A DNA stretch of 64,000 nucleotides from NCBI GenBank assembly GCA_963734495.1, contig CAVTHK010000011.1:704001-768000 (forward strand), given 5' to 3'. The notes under the pieces are model-generated. The model searched no databases, was not told the origin of the DNA, and saw only the letters and a program-made list of their open reading frames with translations. This document shows positions 18,512-28,927 of this stretch, piece by piece. Source of the DNA: an uncultured Spirochaetota bacterium. Its GTDB lineage: Bacteria; Spirochaetota; Spirochaetia; SZUA-6; CAVTHK01. Each line of letters starts with the position of its first letter. The stretch's first letter is position 1. Position numbers and translations under genes: made by a program.

Positions 18512-21325
18512 ATGAAGCTGTGTTGGGCGTGGCTCGCGGCGCTGACGCTGCTGGTTCAGGCGGTTGCGGGCGCGGGGGGCGACGAAGGCCGCGCGCCGCA
18601 GGCGGTCCCGTTCCGCCTCGAGGCCGACGCGATGCTCGGCCGGTGGGAGACCGAGGGCACCGCGTCGCCCGGTGTCTGGCGGCCCGGCGACCACGTCGCG
18701 GTCACGGCAAAGCTGCGCCTCACGGATCGGCACCTCGACGCGTTCGCGGCCGAGCGGGCGGCAAGAGCCACGGACGCGGTCATGCTCGTGACGGCCGAGC
18801 GCACCTTTGACGCGGACGGCTGGCTCCGCCTCCCGATCGACGAGCGCATGTCGACGCTCGTCACGCCGGCGGGGATCGCCATCGAAGGCGGCGTGCCCGG
18901 CGCGGTGACGAAGCGCTTCGGCTACACGTGGTCCACGCCGCTGGACCTGATGGCGAGCCGGCCGCTTGCCGATTCGCCGGGCGCCGGCGGCATCCGCCAG
19001 ATCGCCTTTGCGCTCGAGGGCGACCTGCCCAAAGACCTCCCGCCAGGCATCTACCGCCTGCGCATCGACTACGGCCTCGCCGCCGGCAAGCGCCTCGCGA
19101 GCCTCGCGGGCGGGAGCTTCGCGCAGCGGCCTTCTTCAAAAGACAGGGATTCCGTGTCCTATTTCTACACGGGGACGATCCCCGCCTTCGGGACCACGAC
19201 GGGCGGGCGCAGCGTCGATCCGCTTCGCTTGAGCCGCCGCATCCCCTGGGTGCTGCTCGCTCAGTACAACTCCAACGGCTACCGCGGCGCGGTCGCCGAG
19301 GAGGACCGCGGCCGCTTCGCGCTCTCGGACCGCAACATCATCCCCGACGAGGTGATCCTCCCCCGCTACGGCTCTTCGGGCGAGCGGCTCGCCTATTCGC
19401 TGGAGCCGCAGTTCCCCGCGGACGGAATCGATCCGCGGTGCAACATCCCGTGGAACTGGGAGCGCGGCGAGCTCACGGTCTCGATCACGGGGCCCGACGG
19501 AAGAAAGGTCGACCTCGGCACCGCGGCCTTCAAGGGCCGCAAGGCGCTCGGCCCCACGACCGGGAGCCCCGCCTTCGCGGCCTGGAAGCCGCCTGCCTAC
19601 GGCCGCTACACGGTGCGCGCCACCGGCTGGATCGAGGACCTGGCCGGCAACCGTTACGAGGGCGGCGGCACCTACCGCTTCTGGATCGCGAAGCGCATGA
19701 CCATGGCCACCGCGACGTTCCAGGGGCAGCCTTACCCGGTCGGAGGCCGCTACGGACGCGACATCGCCTTCTTCCCGGCCCTGCCCGCGGACGTCACCGT
19801 CAAGGTGGACCTCTACCCGGACTCCGATCCCGCGAAGCTGCGGACGCTCACCTACACGGGCCGGGCGTCGGCCGCCGGCCTCTTCGGGGCGGCGCAGGGC
19901 GCGAAGCCGTTCCCGCTCGACGCACCGGGCGAGTACCACGCCCAGATCACGGCCACGGCCGTCGACGGCGACGGTGCCCTGTGGGTCTGCTCGATGCGCC
20001 ACGCCGGGGTCGTCTTTCCCGAGCCGAGCCCCATCGTCGCGCACGGCAAGAAGCTCGTGGTCGGCAAGCAGCTTCTCGACCGCGGCGAGACGCACACCGA
20101 GGGCGCCCTCGACGCAGCGGGCGAGGGGACGCTGGCGCACATCAACTTTCCCTACAACGCGGGCGACGCGATCCTGATCGCGAGCGAGCAGCAGGGCGCG
20201 AACAAGATCGAGCCGGTGCTGACCTGGTCGACGGCGGGCGCCGAGGAGCCCTACGACCCGAAGCTCAGCACCATCGGCGCCTCCAACGCGCGCATCCGCA
20301 CCTCCAGCGGATACTCGCCGCACCTCTACCCGGAGCACATCACCTCGATGGAGTACTACTACGGGAGCGCGCCGAGGCCCGGGTTCATGAGCCGCTTCCT
20401 TGTCGGCGAGGACGGGGTGAGGGCGCCCTACTGGCCGACCAGCCGCACCAATTTCGGCGGCCAGATCGGCGCCTCGGGCAACGGCGACCTGCCCGGCGAC
20501 ATCTACCGCCTGTTAGGCGGCGTGGTGGTTCGCAGGCCGGGCGAAGCGCCGCGGTACGCGGGGTACATGGCGAGCGCCTTCATCCTGCCGAAGGGCACGA
20601 ACAACAACCGGGTCATCGCGGCAGGCGGCGAAGACCTGATCGGACCCGATGGAAAGCGCGCCCGCTTCTTCCTCGTCGGCCTGCGGCCCGGGAGCACCTT
20701 CGACGTGGGCGCCTCGCTGCGGGCCGCGCTCCAGATCGACCCGATCCTGCCCGCGCGCGTGCGGGTGGAGCTCGAGTACCCCGACGGCCGCGTCAAGGCC
20801 GCCGAGGGGGTCGGAGACCGCACGGGCAGCTTTGCCGGCGCCGACGCGTGGGTGATGGACGCACCCGGCGTGTACCGCCTCCGCGTCAAGGGCGACTGGG
20901 AAGGGCACCCCGGCCTGATGCCCGGCCTTCCGGCCGGCGGCGGCTTCGTGTACGTGGCGAACGGCGGCCGCGGGCCCGACATCGACCTCGCGCCCGAGGC
21001 CTGGTTCGACCCGGTCAAGGGCCTGCGCATCACGGGCTCGAGCACAGCGGGCAAGGTCGCCTACGCCGTGCTAATGCCGGGCGCCGTGCTCGACCAGGGC
21101 GAGGTGGCGGTCAAGGACGGGCGCTGGGAGTATTTCTTCGACGCGAAGACCGTGAGCGCCGCGTTCCCGATCTACGACACGGCGGACCTCGTGAGCGGCA
21201 AGCCGCAGATCGGCCGCGTCGTGCACCTCACGTTCTTCTCCGGCGAGCGCGGCCCGGACGGCAAGCCGCTCTACGGCGCGAGGCGCGTGATCCTCCGCGG
21301 CAACCGCGCGATCACCGCGGATTGA
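18512..21325 (+). CDS. Large secreted hypothetical protein (~937 aa)
   Basis: Signal peptide MKLCWAWLAALTLLVQAVAG, GGAGG RBS, strong host-like codon bias. Confidence 0.8.
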   Translation: MKLCWAWLAALTLLVQAVAGAGGDEGRAPQAVPFRLEADAMLGRWETEGTASPGVWRPGDHVAVTAKLRLTDRHLDAFAAERAARATDAVMLVTAERTFDADGWLRLPIDERMSTLVTPAGIAIEGGVPGAVTKRFGYTWSTPLDLMASRPLADSPGAGGIRQIAFALEGDLPKDLPPGIYRLRIDYGLAAGKRLASLAGGSFAQRPSSKDRDSVSYFYTGTIPAFGTTTGGRSVDPLRLSRRIPWVLLAQYNSNGYRGAVAEEDRGRFALSDRNIIPDEVILPRYGSSGERLAYSLEPQFPADGIDPRCNIPWNWERGELTVSITGPDGRKVDLGTAAFKGRKALGPTTGSPAFAAWKPPAYGRYTVRATGWIEDLAGNRYEGGGTYRFWIAKRMTMATATFQGQPYPVGGRYGRDIAFFPALPADVTVKVDLYPDSDPAKLRTLTYTGRASAAGLFGAAQGAKPFPLDAPGEYHAQITATAVDGDGALWVCSMRHAGVVFPEPSPIVAHGKKLVVGKQLLDRGETHTEGALDAAGEGTLAHINFPYNAGDAILIASEQQGANKIEPVLTWSTAGAEEPYDPKLSTIGASNARIRTSSGYSPHLYPEHITSMEYYYGSAPRPGFMSRFLVGEDGVRAPYWPTSRTNFGGQIGASGNGDLPGDIYRLLGGVVVRRPGEAPRYAGYMASAFILPKGTNNNRVIAAGGEDLIGPDGKRARFFLVGLRPGSTFDVGASLRAALQIDPILPARVRVELEYPDGRVKAAEGVGDRTGSFAGADAWVMDAPGVYRLRVKGDWEGHPGLMPGLPAGGGFVYVANGGRGPDIDLAPEAWFDPVKGLRITGSSTAGKVAYAVLMPGAVLDQGEVAVKDGRWEYFFDAKTVSAAFPIYDTADLVSGKPQIGRVVHLTFFSGERGPDGKPLYGARRVILRGNRAITAD

Positions 21326-22502
21326 CGGTTCGCGGCACGAGCCCTCGCCCGCGCAGCTCTTCGACCTTTTCCTTCACCAGCGCGGCGAGCTCCGAGCCGG
21401 GCTCCAGGCCCGAGACCTCGCGAAGCACGGCGTCGATGCCGTCCGTCTCGCGCCTGCGCGCGAGCTCGAGCGCGATCGGGTCCGAAGGCTCGTCGTAGAA
21501 GAGCGCCGCCGCGATCGAGATCGCCAGGCTCTCGGGACGGCCGCCGTACTGCAGCACCAGGCGCGCGGCCCCCACCAGCCTGTCGGAAGGGCCGAGCTTG
21601 CGGATGGGATCGCGGGCGTTGCGCTCGATCGAGTCCACGATGGTGCGGTCCTGGAACTTGGCGAGCGAAGCGGCCGCGAGCGCGGCCTGCTCTTCGGCGC
21701 TCACGCGGTGTCTGGCGGCGAGCGCTGCGCCGGTCTCGCGGTAAACTCCCCGCACGACTTCGAGGATCTCCGCGTCGTGCCCGGCTTCGGCGAGCACGGT
21801 GTGGCCCTTGAGATAGCCGAGATACGAGACGGTCGCGTTCGCCGCGTTGTAGGTGTAGATCTTGCGCTCGAGGAAGCCCTCGAAGCCGGCCTTGGGATCG
21901 AGGCCCTCGAGCGGCGGAAGCGCGCCGCGGATCGCGGCCGCGTCGATGGGGAGGTGCGGGTAGTCCTGGATGTTGACGGCGAGCGGATCGGCCGCGCGGA
22001 CCGCGGGGTCCGGATCGATCGCGGAGCAGAGCACGGCGGACTCGACAAAGCCGACGCCGCGCACGAGCGCCTCGCGCTCGTTATGCGGGAGGCCGGCCTC
22101 GACGGCTTCGCGCAGGGCGGCCGCTGGGTGGATCCAGTTCTCGCACGTGATGATGTTGAAGGGAAGGTTCCCGCCCGCGATCCTCCGCCGCAGCGCGGGC
22201 GCCAGGGCCGCGCCCAGCTCGCCCAGGTTCTTGCCGCCCACGCAGGTAAAGGCGAGCGGCGCCGACGCGATCGCGCCGCCGAAAGCGGCGGAGTCGGCGA
22301 GCGCGACCGCGCGGACCCCCGTGATCCGCCGGCTCTTCTGCGGCGCGCCGAGCACGTGCACCGTCCATCCGCCCGCCGCGTTGATGCGCTCGACGAGGGC
22401 GCGGTCGCGCTCGGCGAGCACGAAGGGCACGCCGCTCGCCGCGAGCAGCGAGCCGAGGAAGCCGCGGCCGATCTTGCCGGCCCCGATCACGACGCAGCTC
22501 AT
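21312..22502 (-). CDS. Mannitol-1-phosphate 5-dehydrogenase-like polyol dehydrogenase
   Basis: GAGKIGRGF, TCEN, ERKIYTYN, RDPIRKL...DRL. Confidence 0.85.
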   Translation of the reverse strand: MSCVVIGAGKIGRGFLGSLLAASGVPFVLAERDRALVERINAAGGWTVHVLGAPQKSRRITGVRAVALADSAAFGGAIASAPLAFTCVGGKNLGELGAALAPALRRRIAGGNLPFNIITCENWIHPAAALREAVEAGLPHNEREALVRGVGFVESAVLCSAIDPDPAVRAADPLAVNIQDYPHLPIDAAAIRGALPPLEGLDPKAGFEGFLERKIYTYNAANATVSYLGYLKGHTVLAEAGHDAEILEVVRGVYRETGAALAARHRVSAEEQAALAAASLAKFQDRTIVDSIERNARDPIRKLGPSDRLVGAARLVLQYGGRPESLAISIAAALFYDEPSDPIALELARRRETDGIDAVLREVSGLEPGSELAALVKEKVEELRGRGLVPRTVNPR

Positions 22503-23925
22503 CGAGCCTCCTTCCTGATCGCCGCCAGGCGCGCAAAGCTCCCCCTGAGGGCGGGGTAGAGCGACGCGTACAGCGCGTAGCGCGCCTCCAGCAGCGAAGC
22601 GCGCTCGGGCCGCGGCGCCACCTCGGCTTCGAGCGCGACCCAGGCCCCGGCCGCCTCGGCAAGGTCCGCGAAGCGCCCGGCGCCGACCGCCGCGATCATC
22701 GCCGCCCCGAGGGCGGCGCACGCCTTCTGCCTGACCACGACAAAGGGCCTCTGGAACGCGTCCGCTTTGGCCCGTGTGACCGCCTCCGCCAGCGGTCCGT
22801 CGGGGGCCGTTCTGACCGGGCCGGGGGCGTGCGCGTCGATGAGCGCGGCGATCTGCCGCAGGCTCAAGGCGACGCCCTCGCAGACCGCGGCGAGCAGGTC
22901 GCCCGGCTCGTGGCCGCGCCCCAGGCCGAAGAGCACGCCGCGGGCGTCCGGGTCGAAGTGCGGCGCCCGCTCGCCCTGCAGGTACGGCAGGAACAGGGGC
23001 GTGTCCGGGCCGGTGTCGGCCGGCGCCCGCGGCCCGAAGGTGCGCAGGCCCCAGTCGAGCGAGACTCCGCTCGCGGCCGTCACGCCGTAGTGCACGTTGT
23101 GCAGGAGGCCGGGCCCGTAGACGAGCGGTGTCGTCACCGAGAGCGGGCTGCGGGTCTCGATGCGGGCCAGATGCTCGGAGCTCCCGACAACGTCGGCCCA
23201 GTCGCCGGGCGCGAGCGCGCCCATGCCCGCGAGGGACGCGAAGAAGTCGTTGCAGCCGAGGTACGCGGGCGTCTCCCGCCGGAGGCCGAGCAGGCGCGCG
23301 GCTTCGGCCGTGAGCCGGCCCGGCGCGGACCACGGCGGTTGCAGCTCCGGGAGCCGGCCGGCACCGATGCCGAGCCGCTCGAGCAGCTCGCGGTGGAACG
23401 TGCCGTCCCCGAGATGGGCCAGCCCCCGCCATGTGAAAGGATCAGACACCACCCGCCCGGTCAAATTGAAGTAGACCCAGTCCTTGGGCTGCAGCACCCT
23501 CGCCGCCCGCTCCCATCCGCTCCCCGGCGTCCGCGCCATCCACAGGATCCGCGGCGCGGGGTACGAGACCATCGCTGGGTGCGGCATGGAGATGTGCTCG
23601 ACCCAGAACGCCGGCGGCAGCCGCGTGAGCTCGGCGAGAGCCTCGCCGCCTTCGCCGGCGCTCCAGGGGACGACCCGCGGCTCGCCGCCGCGATCGGGGT
23701 CCCAGAGCAGGTAGGTGTTCGTCTGGCCCGCGAGGCCGATGGCGGCGACGGCGTCGAGCCTCCCCGCAGCCGCGCGACCGCGGCTTCGATCGCCGACATC
23801 CACGCGCGCGGTCCCGTCAGGTCGGGCGCGTACGGCACGCGCACGCTCTCTTCGCTCGACTCCGTGCGCAGGAGGGCCTTGACCGATGAGGTGCCGATGT
23901 CGATGCCGAGAAACGAGTCGCCCAA
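22499..23925 (-). CDS. FGGY carbohydrate kinase (xylulokinase-like), frameshift near 23760
   Basis: GIDIGTSSVK, FLPYLQGERAP, AALGAA. Confidence 0.85.
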
Positions 23926-24018
23926 TCCGGCTTCCCACTATACGGGCGCGGGCGCCGGCGTGTCACGCGGTGCGCGCGCTCCTTGACCGCGGCCGCGGGC
24001 GAGCCTATCTTCCGTGAA

Positions 24019-24408
24019 ATGGAAGAAACAGACCATCTCCGGGAGGAGCTCGAGAGCTTCCGCAGGGAGCGCGACCGGGTCCGGCAGATCATCGGGCAGA
24101 TCGGCGGAAACGTCTCTCCGGCCAGGGAGCGCGCGGTGAACGCGGCGTTCCTGACCGCGGTCGGGCTGCTGTTCGCGGCGAGCCTCGCTCGCGAGGCGTT
24201 CGGGCTCGACGTGGCGCATCTCTCGGCGACGCTCTCCATGGAGATCGCCGTGCTCCTCGTCTCGCTGAAGATCGCATGGATGATGCGCAGGCAGACGCGC
24301 GTGGACCACTTTCAGTTCTGGATCCTGAACTCGATCGAGTTCAGGATCGACGCCATCGACCGCAGGCTCTCCGAGATCCGGAAGGGCGCGGGCGCGCGGG
24401 ACAAGTAG
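24019..24408 (+). CDS. Small two-TM hypothetical membrane protein
   Basis: IIGQIGG, HFQFWILNSIEFR. Confidence 0.75.
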   Translation: MEETDHLREELESFRRERDRVRQIIGQIGGNVSPARERAVNAAFLTAVGLLFAASLAREAFGLDVAHLSATLSMEIAVLLVSLKIAWMMRRQTRVDHFQFWILNSIEFRIDAIDRRLSEIRKGAGARDK

Positions 24409-24409
24409 C

Positions 24410-24851
24410 CTATCGCGGCGCGGGCGTGGCGCTCTTCTGCTCCACGGCGATGCTCAGCCGCTCGGCGCCGGACTTCTTGACCGCCTCCAGCGCCTGCACG
24501 ACGCGATCGAAGACGACGCTGCGGTCTCCCGCGGATGATCACCATCGTGCTGAGGTCGCCCGCAAGGAGCGCCTGCACGCCCACGGTCAGGTCTCCCAGC
24601 GCGATCGGCTTGCCCTGGAGGTAGGTCTGGCCGCGCGCGTCGATGGTCACCTCGATCGGTTCCCGCGGCGCCGCCGGGGCGCGCACGTCCGCCTGCGGCA
24701 GCTTGACCTGCACCCGCGACTCCCGCGCCGGGTTGAAGGTGTAGACCAGGCTGAAGGAGGTGAAGAAGAAGATGAACATGTTGAGGATGATGTCCGTGAT
24801 CGCCACGGACTCCAGGGAAGCCTGGCCCCGCATGTGCGTGCGGATCTTCAT
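24410..24851 (-). CDS. exbD: ExbD/TolR biopolymer transport protein, frameshift near 24525
   Basis: TDIILNMFIFF TM, VKLPQA; C-terminal RLSIAVE in a second frame. Confidence 0.8.
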
Positions 24852-25471
24852 ACGACGACTTCCCTCGTCTCACCCGCGAGCGCGCCGATGATCTCGTCGC
24901 CCGCGGTCGACATGTCCCTGGCGTGACGCTCGACGCTCGCGAGCAGCAGGTGGTAGCAGATGTAGTACGGGATCGCGACGATGAGGCCTCCCGCGGTCGT
25001 GATCATCGCCTGGTAGATGCCTGCGGCCAGCGTGCTGACCGTGATGTTCGCGCCGAGAGCCTCCCAGTCCATGAACGCCTTGATCAGGCCCACGATGGTC
25101 CCCAGGAACCCGAGCATCGGCTCGACGCCGATGATGACGAGCAGGCCGGGGAGCCGGCGCTCCAGGCGGCGGATCTGCTCGCCGCCCTCGCGCTCGAGCA
25201 TGCGCTCCAGGCCTTCACGCTTGAGACCCTTGTTCGCGATCGCGAGGGAGAAGAGGCGTCCGATCGGATGGCGGACGTCGCGGCAGCGGGCAAGCGCTTC
25301 CTGCTCGCGCCCCCGCTGCACCAGGAGCAGGATCTCCTGGGTGAACACGGGCAAGTTGAGCCGGATCGACCGGAGGACCCAGACCCTCTCGAGCAGGATA
25401 GCAAGGGCCACGACGGAAAGGGCGATGATCGGGACCATCACCCACCCGCCCTTGATGATGAGAGCCAGCAT
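24848..25471 (-). CDS. exbB: ExbB/TolQ/MotA proton channel protein
   Basis: PMLGFLGTIVG, GIYQAMITTAGGL. Confidence 0.88.
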   Translation of the reverse strand: MLALIIKGGWVMVPIIALSVVALAILLERVWVLRSIRLNLPVFTQEILLLVQRGREQEALARCRDVRHPIGRLFSLAIANKGLKREGLERMLEREGGEQIRRLERRLPGLLVIIGVEPMLGFLGTIVGLIKAFMDWEALGANITVSTLAAGIYQAMITTAGGLIVAIPYYICYHLLLASVERHARDMSTAGDEIIGALAGETREVVV

Positions 25472-25575
25472 CGATACCCCCTTCGGGTTAACATACCATC
25501 CGGCGGAGGGTTTGACCGCCGGCGCGGGCATGCGCCGCCTTACAGCCTGCGGCGGAAGCTTCCGAAAATCGGAGT

Positions 25576-26061
25576 GTGAGCCGGTATCCCCTCGTGTTCG
25601 CCGCCGCGGCGGATCCCGCCGACGGACCCGCCGAAGGACCGCAGACCGCGTCGGTGCGCCTCCGCCTCAGGCAGATCGCCGAGCTCTTCCATTCGCAGTT
25701 CGAGCAGAACTGGCTCGTGCTCCTCCTGGAGCGCTTCCCGATGGACGCGGTCGCGATGAACGAGATCCGCGGCCTGCTGCGCCGCGACGCCGCGTTCCTC
25801 GAGCCGGCAAGGCTCGCCGAAGGGCTCGCCGTGCTCGAGGCCTACACGCAGCACCTGCGCCGCTGCCTGCTGCCGGGGCTGCGGGAAAAGCTCGGCATCT
25901 CCGGGCTGCTCCCCGGCGCGCGCCGCGTCTGGGGACGCGAGCAGCTGCTGCTGCGCAGGCTCGTGGCCTATACCTTCCCCTTCAACCTGGAACGCCTGGA
26001 GCGCCTCGCCTCGCAGCTCAAGGATGCCCTCGAAGGCTTCGACGCCGCCAAGAGCGCCTGA
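25576..26061 (+). CDS. Hypothetical protein
   Basis: Protein-like ORF (LREKLGIS, YTFPFN). Confidence 0.7.
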   Translation: MSRYPLVFAAAADPADGPAEGPQTASVRLRLRQIAELFHSQFEQNWLVLLLERFPMDAVAMNEIRGLLRRDAAFLEPARLAEGLAVLEAYTQHLRRCLLPGLREKLGISGLLPGARRVWGREQLLLRRLVAYTFPFNLERLERLASQLKDALEGFDAAKSA

Positions 26062-26139
26062 CGGGAGCGCCAGGGGAGCGCCTGAGAGCGCCCCGACGGG
26101 TTTGACACGGCTCGGGCCGCTCCGTAGACTCCGACGCCG

Positions 26140-27063
26140 GTGACACTCCTTCGCGCGGCCGCGGTCGCCGCATGCGTCGCAGTCGCCGCGCGGGCCGGCG
26201 CCTATCCGCTCGAGGTCGTCGACGGCCTGGGCGGACGCGTGACGATCCGCCAGGCCCCCGCCCGCATCGCCTCGCTCACGCTGATGACCGACGAGATCCT
26301 CCTCGACATGGTCGGGCCCGAGAGGCTCGTCGCGGTCACCACCATGGCCGACGATCCCGGCATCTCCAACATCGCGGGCCGCGTGGGCCGCGGGCCGGCG
26401 CGCCTCGCGCTGAACGTCGAGCGGCTCGTGGCTCTGGCGCCGGATCTCGTGTTCCTCGCGAGCTGGAGCGACGCGGACAGCGTCCGGCAGCTCCGCGACG
26501 CGGGACTCGCCGTCTACCGGGTGGGCTCCCCCCGCTCCATCGCGGAGGTGGAGCGGACGATCACGGACATCGGGCGCGTCGTCGGGGCGCCGGAGCAGGC
26601 GCAGGCTCTCGTCCGCGGCATGGACGAGCGGCTCGCGCGGGTCGCGGCCCGGGTCGAGGGGCTCGAGCCCGAACAGCGCGTGCGCGTCCTCGACTACGAC
26701 CTCTCCGGCAGCTCGTTCGGGACGGGCTCCTCGTGGGACGACATCGTGCGCCGCGCGGGCTGCGTCAACGCCGCGGACGGCCTCGCCACCGACGCGTGGG
26801 GCGAAGCGAGCCTCTCGCAGGAAAAGCTCATCGAGCTCGATCCCGACGTCATCGTGCTTCCCGGCTGGAGATGGGAGGACCCGCAGGGCGCCCGCAGGGC
26901 GTACGAGGCGTTCGTGCGCGACCCCGCCTTCCGCGTGCTCGAGGCGGTCCGCGGCGGCCGCGTCCTGCTTGCCGACGAACGGCACAGGCTCGCCACCTCG
27001 CAGTACGTCGCAGGCGCCGTCGAGGACCTGGCGAAGTTCGCGTACCCGCAGCTTTTCCGCTAG
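26140..27063 (+). CDS. Cobalamin/Fe-siderophore ABC substrate-binding protein (BtuF-like)
   Basis: PARIASL, NVERLVALAPDLV, EKLIELDPDVI. Confidence 0.88.
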   Translation: MTLLRAAAVAACVAVAARAGAYPLEVVDGLGGRVTIRQAPARIASLTLMTDEILLDMVGPERLVAVTTMADDPGISNIAGRVGRGPARLALNVERLVALAPDLVFLASWSDADSVRQLRDAGLAVYRVGSPRSIAEVERTITDIGRVVGAPEQAQALVRGMDERLARVAARVEGLEPEQRVRVLDYDLSGSSFGTGSSWDDIVRRAGCVNAADGLATDAWGEASLSQEKLIELDPDVIVLPGWRWEDPQGARRAYEAFVRDPAFRVLEAVRGGRVLLADERHRLATSQYVAGAVEDLAKFAYPQLFR

Positions 27064-27133
27064 AGCCGCGCCGCGAGGCGCCATGAGGCGCCATGAGGTT
27101 GAGCCGCGCGGTGCCCCGTGCTATACAAGTCGA

Positions 27134-27697
27134 ATGGAAACAACCGCCGCGTGGTTTGAAGCGGGCGGGCCCGCCGACACCGACGAGACGCTCCGCCTCG
27201 CTGCCGCGCGGGCGCGGGCGCTCGGGGTGCGGCACGCCGTCGTCGCTTCCTACAGCGGGGAGACGGGGGCGAAGGCCGCGGCGCTCTTTCGCGGCACGAA
27301 CCTCGTGGTGGTCGGGGGCGTGTACGGCTTCCGCGAGCCGAACCGCGTCGCCATGCAGCCGGGCCACCGCTCCGTCATCGAGACCGCGGGAGGGCGGGTC
27401 CTCTTTGCCGGCCATGCCTTCGGCATGCTGGGCCGCGCCGTCCACAGGAAGTTCGGCGCGCTGCAGGCCGACGAGCTCATCGCGCACGTGCTGCGCCTTC
27501 TGAGCCAGGGGCTCAAGGTGGCCTGCGAAGTGGCCTGCATGGCGGTGGACGCCGGGCTCGTCCCGGCGGGCGAGGAGACTGTCGCGATCGGCGGCACGGG
27601 GCAGGGCGCCGACACGGCGATCGTCCTGCGGCCCAGCAACACGCACGCCTTTTTCGAAACGCGCATCCTCGAAATCGTCTGCAAACCCAGGGGCTGA
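27134..27697 (+). CDS. Stand-alone pyruvate kinase C-terminal-like protein (MTH1675/COG1751-like)
   Basis: VVASYSGETG, QGLKVACE...MAVDAG, GGTGQGADTA, EIVCKPR. Confidence 0.8.
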   Translation: METTAAWFEAGGPADTDETLRLAAARARALGVRHAVVASYSGETGAKAAALFRGTNLVVVGGVYGFREPNRVAMQPGHRSVIETAGGRVLFAGHAFGMLGRAVHRKFGALQADELIAHVLRLLSQGLKVACEVACMAVDAGLVPAGEETVAIGGTGQGADTAIVLRPSNTHAFFETRILEIVCKPRG

Positions 27698-27699
27698 CG

Positions 27700-28914
27700 G
27701 TGACGACCGCCGGGATCGCGACGCAAGCCGGGCGCCCCGGGGAGATGCTCGGCACCTGCGCCGGCGCCCTGCTCGAATTCCTCGTGGTCTCGATGAGCGG
27801 CCTCCTCGTTCCGCTGATGGCCATGGAGCTGGGGGCCTCGGCCGTGGCGATCGGCGTGCTGATCGGCGTCACGAACGTCGGCGCCCTGGTCGCCGCGGTC
27901 CCCGCGGGCTTCCTGGTCGCGCGGATGGGCACGCGGCGCCTCATCGTCGGCTCGTGCCTGCTCGCCGGAGCGAGCTGCTTTTTCGTCTACCTGTTTCCGT
28001 CGATGGCGAGCCTCTACCTCGGGCTCACCGTGTTCGGCGTCGGCTGGACCGTCTTTGCCGTGGCCGTGCAGTGCCACATCGGCGCGCTCGGCGGCAAGGG
28101 CGACGTGAACACGAACTTCGGGTGGTACGGGACGTCGGTGGCCGTGGGCCAGATGGTCGGCCCCCTCCTTTCCGGGATCCTCATCGACACGGCGGGCACC
28201 TCGGTCGCGTGGCTGGTGATGGCGATCCTCGTGACCGCGACGGGCGCGGGTCTCACGTTCGTCATCGGGCCGGGCACGATCGAGGGCCCCGCCCCGGGAG
28301 CCGAAAAGCGCCCGCCTTTCCGCCTCGCCTCCCTCATGAACCTGGCGATCGCGGTGGGGATCCTCTCGAGCTTCGTCTCGATCTTCGCGCTCGGGGTGCG
28401 CACTTCGTTCTTTCCCGTCTTCCTGATCGAAGCCGGCTACACCGCCTCGCTGATCGGCGCCATCGACTCCGTGCGCGGCCTCACCTCCGTCGCCTCGCGC
28501 GCGTCGATCGGTCCGGCGCTCAAGCTGCTCGGCGGCCGTTTTCCCCTCCTCACCGTCTGCCACGTGATCCTCGCCGCCGGGATCGCGGCGACGCCCTTCT
28601 GCGTCTCCGTCCCGCTCCTGATGGCGAGCGCGGTCCTCATCGGCATCGGCTTCGGCGTCGTGACCCCGGTCTGCCAGGCGATCGTGTTCGACGGAGCGCC
28701 GCTGGAGCACCGCAGCGTAGCCATGGGGGTGCGCATGACGGGGAACCGCCTCGCGCAGATGGCCAGCCCTCTCGCCTTCGGCTTCGTCATCGCGAAGCTC
28801 GACATGTCCGCCGCCTTCGTTGCGAGCGGGATCCTGCTGTTCGCGCTGACATCGCCGATGATCTTCTGGTGGGTGCGGGCTCAGCGCGCCACCGGCCGCG
28901 CGCCCGCGCTGTAG
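27700..28914 (+). CDS. MFS transporter
   Basis: About 12 TM segments, motif-A-like GFLVARMGTRR. Confidence 0.88.
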   Translation: MTTAGIATQAGRPGEMLGTCAGALLEFLVVSMSGLLVPLMAMELGASAVAIGVLIGVTNVGALVAAVPAGFLVARMGTRRLIVGSCLLAGASCFFVYLFPSMASLYLGLTVFGVGWTVFAVAVQCHIGALGGKGDVNTNFGWYGTSVAVGQMVGPLLSGILIDTAGTSVAWLVMAILVTATGAGLTFVIGPGTIEGPAPGAEKRPPFRLASLMNLAIAVGILSSFVSIFALGVRTSFFPVFLIEAGYTASLIGAIDSVRGLTSVASRASIGPALKLLGGRFPLLTVCHVILAAGIAATPFCVSVPLLMASAVLIGIGFGVVTPVCQAIVFDGAPLEHRSVAMGVRMTGNRLAQMASPLAFGFVIAKLDMSAAFVASGILLFALTSPMIFWWVRAQRATGRAPAL

Positions 28915-28927
28915 CGGAGGCAAACCG

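Noticed and set aside
21312-23432. Apparent long N-terminal extensions or fusions (also 4006-6297, 43481-45361, 47870-49051, 59937-61376)
   Set aside because: The extensions are out-of-frame overlaps with upstream genes; real starts sit at stop/start overlaps.
26061-26140. Cobalamin riboswitch upstream of the BtuF-like gene
   Set aside because: The intergenic gap is only ~80 bp and no B12-box is recognisable.
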